In this document: positions 26,924 through 31,320 of the stretch, piece by piece
Numbering within the stretch: the stretch's first letter is position 1
Layout of the letters: every line of letters starts with the position of its first letter
Source: a virus
Taxonomy: Duplodnaviria; Heunggongvirae; Uroviricota; Caudoviricetes
Strand: one strand, 5' to 3'
Length of the DNA: 31,320 nt
IMG/VR virus record: IMGVR_UViG_2734482786_000007
Span: 1 to 31,320 of that record
Notes under the pieces: generated by a model
Database searches by the model: none
What the model saw: only the letters and a program-made list of their open reading frames with translations
What the model was told of the DNA's origin: nothing
Made by a program: the position numbers and the translations under genes

Positions 26924-29363
26924 CAATGTAAAATTACAGGTATTGCTCAGGGCTGTTGACCAGGCATCCCGCCCGTTTAAATCCATCCGCACAGCGAGCA
27001 AATCGCTGTCGGGGGATATCCGGGAAACACAAAAATCACTGCGCGAGCTGAACGGTCAGGCATCCCGTATTGAGGGATTCCGCAAGACCAGTGCACAGCT
27101 CGCCGTGACTGGTCATGCACTTGAAAAGGCTCGGCAGGAAGCCGAAGCCCTTGCCACACAGTTTAAAAACACCGAACGTCCGACCCGTGCTCAGGCGAAA
27201 GTGCTGGAATCCGCAAAGCGTACGGCGGAGGACTTACAGGCGAAATATAACCGCCTGACGGATTCCGTTAAACGCCAGCAGCGGGAACTGGCCGCTGTGG
27301 GAATTAATACCCGCAATCTTGCACATGATGAGCAGGGACTGAAAAACCGTATCAGTGAAACCACCGCACAGCTTAACCGTCAGCGCGACGCGCTGGCGCG
27401 TGTCAGTGCGCAACAGGCAAAACTTAACGCAGTAAAACAGCGTTATCAGTCCGGAAAGGAACTGGCCGGAAATATGGCCTCAGTGGGCGCTGCCGGTGTG
27501 GGGATTGCGGCGGCGGGAACGATGGCCGGTGTTAAGCTACTGATGCCCGGTTATGAGTTTGCGCAGAAAAACTCAGAATTGCAGGCCGTGCTAGGTGTGG
27601 CAAAAGACTCCGCCGAAATGGCCGCACTCCGCAAGCAGGCGCGCCAGCTCGGTGACAATACTGCCGCCTCGGCGGATGATGCAGCCGGTGCACAGATTAT
27701 CATTGCGAAAGCCGGTGGGGATGTTGATGCCATTCAGGCGGCAACGCCGGTCACGCTGAATATGGCACTGGCGAACCGCCGCACGATGGAAGAAAACGCC
27801 GCCCTGCTGATGGGGATGAAATCCGCCTTTCAGCTTTCAAACGATAAGGTCGCTCATATCGGGGATGTTCTCTCCATGACGATGAACAAAACCGCCGCCG
27901 ATTTTGACGGCATGAGCGATGCGCTGACCTATGCCGCACCAGTGGCAAATAATGCCGGTGTCAGCATTGAAGAAACCGCCGCAATGGTCGGGGCGCTGCA
28001 TGATGCAAAAATCACAGGCTCAATGGCGGGGACGGGAAGCCGTGCCGTGTTAAGTCGCCTGCAGGCACCAACGGGAAAAGCATGGGATGCACTCAAAGAG
28101 CTTGGCGTGAAAACCTCAGACAGTAAAGGGAATACCCGACCAGTATTTACCATTCTGAAAGAAATGCAGGCCAGTTTTGAGAAAAACCGGCTCGGTACTG
28201 CCCAGCAGGCTGAATACATGAAAACCATTTTCGGGGAGGAGGCCAGCTCAGCCGCCGCCGTCCTGATGACTGCCGCCTCAACCGGAAAGCTGGACAAACT
28301 GACCGCGGCGTTTAAAGCCTCAGACGGGAAGACCGCAGAGCTGGTAAATATCATGCAGGACAATCTCGGCGGTGACTTTAAGGAGTTTCAGTCCGCTTAT
28401 GAGGCGGTGGGGACTGACCTGTTTGACCAGCAGGAAGGCGCACTGCGTAAGCTCATGCAGACGGCCACAAAGTATGTGTTAAAACTCGACGGCTGGATAC
28501 AGAAAAACAAATCACTGGCGTCAACCATTGGTCTCATTGCCGGTGGCGCACTGGCGCTGACTGGCATCATCGGTGCAATTGGTCTTGTAGCCTGGCCGGT
28601 TATCACCGGCATCAATGCCATCATCGCGGCAGCAGGCGCAATGGGGGCAATCTTCACGACGGTTGGCAGTGCTGTTATGACGGCCATCGGGGCGATTAGC
28701 TGGCCGGTTGTGGCCGTGGTGGCTGCAATTGTCGCCGGGGCGTTGCTTATCCGTAAATACTGGGAGCCTGTCAGCGCATTCTTTGGCGGTGTGGTTGAAG
28801 GGCTGAAAGCAGCATTTGCGCCGGTGGGGGAACTGTTCACGCCACTTAAGCCGGTATTTGACTGGCTGGGTGAAAAGTTACAGGCTGCGTGGCAGTGGTT
28901 TAAAAACCTGATTGCACCGGTCAAAGCCACCCAGGACACCCTGAACCGTTGCCGTGACACGGGCGTCATGTTCGGGCAGGCACTGGCTGACGCGCTGATG
29001 CTGCCGCTTAATGCGTTCAACAAATTACGCAGCGGCATTGACTGGGTACTGGAAAAGCTCGGGGTCATCAACAAAGAGTCAGACACACTTGACCAGACCG
29101 CCGCCAGAACTCATGCCGCCACGTATGGCACCGGTGGTTATATTCCGGCGACCAGCTCTTATGCAGGCTATCAGGCTTATCAGCCGGTCACGGCACCGGC
29201 TGGCCGCTCTTATGTGGACCAGAGTAAAAACGAATATCACATCAGCCTGACGGGTGGTACTGCACCGGGGACACAGCTTGACCGCCAGTTACAGGATGCG
29301 CTCGAAAAATACGAGCGGGATAAACGTGCGCGCGCCCGTGCCAGCATGATGCATGACGGTTAA
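26916..29363 (+). CDS. T: Tail tape-measure protein (P2 GpT-like), 815 aa
   Basis: Size identical to P2 T; long coiled-coil N-terminal half and Gly/Ala-rich hydrophobic central segment typical of tape-measure proteins. Confidence 0.9.
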   Translation: MSDNVKLQVLLRAVDQASRPFKSIRTASKSLSGDIRETQKSLRELNGQASRIEGFRKTSAQLAVTGHALEKARQEAEALATQFKNTERPTRAQAKVLESAKRTAEDLQAKYNRLTDSVKRQQRELAAVGINTRNLAHDEQGLKNRISETTAQLNRQRDALARVSAQQAKLNAVKQRYQSGKELAGNMASVGAAGVGIAAAGTMAGVKLLMPGYEFAQKNSELQAVLGVAKDSAEMAALRKQARQLGDNTAASADDAAGAQIIIAKAGGDVDAIQAATPVTLNMALANRRTMEENAALLMGMKSAFQLSNDKVAHIGDVLSMTMNKTAADFDGMSDALTYAAPVANNAGVSIEETAAMVGALHDAKITGSMAGTGSRAVLSRLQAPTGKAWDALKELGVKTSDSKGNTRPVFTILKEMQASFEKNRLGTAQQAEYMKTIFGEEASSAAAVLMTAASTGKLDKLTAAFKASDGKTAELVNIMQDNLGGDFKEFQSAYEAVGTDLFDQQEGALRKLMQTATKYVLKLDGWIQKNKSLASTIGLIAGGALALTGIIGAIGLVAWPVITGINAIIAAAGAMGAIFTTVGSAVMTAIGAISWPVVAVVAAIVAGALLIRKYWEPVSAFFGGVVEGLKAAFAPVGELFTPLKPVFDWLGEKLQAAWQWFKNLIAPVKATQDTLNRCRDTGVMFGQALADALMLPLNAFNKLRSGIDWVLEKLGVINKESDTLDQTAARTHAATYGTGGYIPATSSYAGYQAYQPVTAPAGRSYVDQSKNEYHISLTGGTAPGTQLDRQLQDALEKYERDKRARARASMMHDG

Positions 29364-29377
29364 GGAGGTGACGAAAA

Positions 29378-29857
29378 ATGATGCTCGCGTTAGGTATGTT
29401 TGTTTTTATGCGCCAGACGCTGCCACACCAGACCATGCAGCGTGAATCAGATTATCGCTGGCCGTCAAATTCCCGTATCGGTAAACGGGATGCCTTTCAG
29501 TTTCTCGGTGTGGGTGAGGAAAACATGACGCTTGCCGGCGTGCTTTATCCCGAACTGACCGGCGGCAAGCTGACGATGACCACGCTCAGGCTGATGGCAG
29601 AGGAAGGCCGGGCGTGGCCGTTGCTGGATGGCACCGGCATGATTTACGGCATGTATGTCATCAGCAGGGTGAGTGAAACAGGGAGTATTTTCTTTGCAGA
29701 CGGCACACCCCGGAAAATTGATTTTACGCTGTCGCTCACCCGCGTTGATGAATCACTGGCCGCGCTTTATGGCGATATCGGTAAACAGGCGGAATCGCTC
29801 ATCGGTAAGGCTGGCAGTATGGCGACCAGATTCACGGGTATGACGGGGGCGGGATAA
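29378..29857 (+). CDS. U: Tail protein U (159 aa)
   Basis: Size identical to P2 U; strong AGGAGG Shine-Dalgarno. Confidence 0.88.
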   Translation: MMLALGMFVFMRQTLPHQTMQRESDYRWPSNSRIGKRDAFQFLGVGEENMTLAGVLYPELTGGKLTMTTLRLMAEEGRAWPLLDGTGMIYGMYVISRVSETGSIFFADGTPRKIDFTLSLTRVDESLAALYGDIGKQAESLIGKAGSMATRFTGMTGAG

Positions 29858-31020
29858 TGCTGGATACGCTGACATTTGATGCAGGCAGTACGCTGACGCC
29901 GGATTACATGCTGATGCTCGACAGCAGGGATATTACCGGCAATATCAGCGACCGTCTGATGAGCATGACCCTGACGGATAACCGGGGCTTTGAGGCTGAC
30001 CAGCTTGATATTGAACTGAACGACGCCGACGGGCAGGTCGGGCTACCGGTTCGTGGCGCTGTCCTGACGGTGTATATCGGCTGGAAAGGTTTTGCCCTGG
30101 TATGCAAAGGGAAATTTACCGTTGATGAGGTTGAACACCGGGGTGCACCGGATGTGGTCACCATCCGCGCCCGGAGTGCAGATTTTCGCGGGACGCTCAA
30201 TTCCCGCCGGGAAGGCTCCTGGCATGACACCACGCTCGGTGCGATTGTTGAGGCGATAGCCACCCGTAACAGGCTGGAAGCCAGTGTCGCTCCGTCACTG
30301 GCCGAAATAAAAATTCCACACATCGACCAGTCGCAGGAGTCTGATGCGAAATTCCTGACCCGTCTTGCAGAACGCAACGGCGGTGAGGTGTCGGTAAAAA
30401 TGGGAAAACTGTTGTTTCTCAAAGCGGGGCAGGGAGTGACGGCCAGCGGTAAAAAAATCCCGCAGGTCACCATAACCCGCAGCGACGGCGACCGCCATCA
30501 TTTTGCGATTGCTGACCGTGGAGCCTACACCGGTGTAACGGCAAAATGGCTACACACTAAAGACCCGAAGCCGCAAAAGCAGAAGGTAAAACTGAAACGC
30601 AAAAAGAAAGAGAAACACCTGCGCGCACTGGAGCACCCGAAAGCGAAACCGGTCAGGCAGAAGAACGCGCCAAAAGTACCGGAAGCGCGCGAAGGTGAAT
30701 ACATGGCCGGTGAGGCTGACAACGTTTTTGCCCTGACCACGGTATATGCCACGAAAGCGCAGGCCATGCGCGCCGCTCAGGCGAAGTGGGACAAACTGCA
30801 ACGGGGTGTGGCGGAGTTCTCCATCAGCCTGGCTACCGGTCGGGCAGATATTTACACGGAAACGCCGGTCAAAGTGTCAGGCTTTAAGCGCGTCATAGAC
30901 GAGCAGGACTGGACAATCACTAAGGTGACACATTTTCTGAATAATAGCGGCTTCACGACGTCCTTGGAGCTTGAGGTCAGGCTTTCTGATGTGGAGTACG
31001 AAACAGAAGATGATGAGTGA
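29857..31020 (+). CDS. D: Tail protein D (387 aa)
   Basis: Size identical to P2 D; start overlaps the U stop (TAATG). Confidence 0.88.
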   Translation: MLDTLTFDAGSTLTPDYMLMLDSRDITGNISDRLMSMTLTDNRGFEADQLDIELNDADGQVGLPVRGAVLTVYIGWKGFALVCKGKFTVDEVEHRGAPDVVTIRARSADFRGTLNSRREGSWHDTTLGAIVEAIATRNRLEASVAPSLAEIKIPHIDQSQESDAKFLTRLAERNGGEVSVKMGKLLFLKAGQGVTASGKKIPQVTITRSDGDRHHFAIADRGAYTGVTAKWLHTKDPKPQKQKVKLKRKKKEKHLRALEHPKAKPVRQKNAPKVPEAREGEYMAGEADNVFALTTVYATKAQAMRAAQAKWDKLQRGVAEFSISLATGRADIYTETPVKVSGFKRVIDEQDWTITKVTHFLNNSGFTTSLELEVRLSDVEYETEDDE

Positions 31021-31101
31021 TATGATTTATTTATCCGTTTGTTTTATAAGGATAAATTAACTAAAATGGCATCATCAACAAAACCGGAAGAGGTGCTCGC
31101 G

Positions 31102-31320
31102 ATGTTTCATTGTCCTTTATGCCAGCATGCCGCACATGCGCGTACAAGTCGCTATATCACTGACACGACAAAAGAGCGTTATCACCAGTGCCAGAACGTG
31201 AATTGCAGCGCCACGTTCATCACTTATGAGTCGGTACAGCGATACATCGTGAAGCCGGGAGAAGTCCACGCCGTGAGGCCGCACCCGTTGCCGTCAGGGC
31301 AGCAAATTATGTGGATGTAA
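31102..31320 (+). CDS. ogr: Late gene transcription activator Ogr, zinc-finger protein (72 aa from the ATG at 31102)
   Basis: Sequence MFHCPLCQHAAHARTSRYITDTTKERYHQCQNVNCSATF with the CxxC-N22-CxxxxC zinc finger is what I remember for P2 Ogr; last gene before the prophage end. The ORF track start at 31039 is a TTG. Confidence 0.9.
   Translation: MFHCPLCQHAAHARTSRYITDTTKERYHQCQNVNCSATFITYESVQRYIVKPGEVHAVRPHPLPSGQQIMWM

Noticed and set aside
27929-29086. Minus-strand ORFs of 144 and 229 aa inside tape-measure gene T
   Set aside because: Antisense to a conserved 815-aa gene; Ala/Ser/Thr-rich low-complexity translations; no start context.
1-31320. tRNA genes, IS elements/transposases, integrons or additional toxin-antitoxin pairs
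   Set aside because: None recognised: no cloverleaf-like conserved tRNA sequence, no transposase-like ORF, no terminal inverted repeats flanking a transposase; everything apart from the two cargo loci is accounted for by P2-type phage genes.

Overview
The window is essentially one complete P2-like (Peduovirus-type) temperate prophage from an enterobacterial host, running from the stop codon of the integrase (position 1) to the stop codon of ogr (position 31320); the att sites must lie just outside it. Gene order, orientations and protein lengths match the P2 plan: int and C repressor (minus), then cox, B, four small early genes and replication gene A (plus), a cargo locus, the cos site, Q and P (minus), then O-N-M-L-X-Y-K-lysA-lysB-lysC-R-S-V-W-J-I-H-G, a second cargo locus, FI-FII-E(E+E')-T-U-D-ogr (plus). 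Almost everything is conserved phage machinery. The two exceptions are strongly AT-rich islands at the two positions where P2-like phages are known to carry variable anti-phage cargo. (1) Between A and cos, where P2 has tin/old, there is a single 864-aa gene (6093..8687, minus) with an N-terminal SIR2-like NADase signature and a long C-terminal helical, TPR-like domain; this is the best candidate for an undescribed defence system. (2) Between G and FI, at the Z/fun position, there is a 175-aa gene (23892..24419) with an R-N-x3-H motif of the HEPN type. All calls rest on reading the sequence and the supplied ORF translations; no database search was run, so family assignments are recognition-based and need confirmation.
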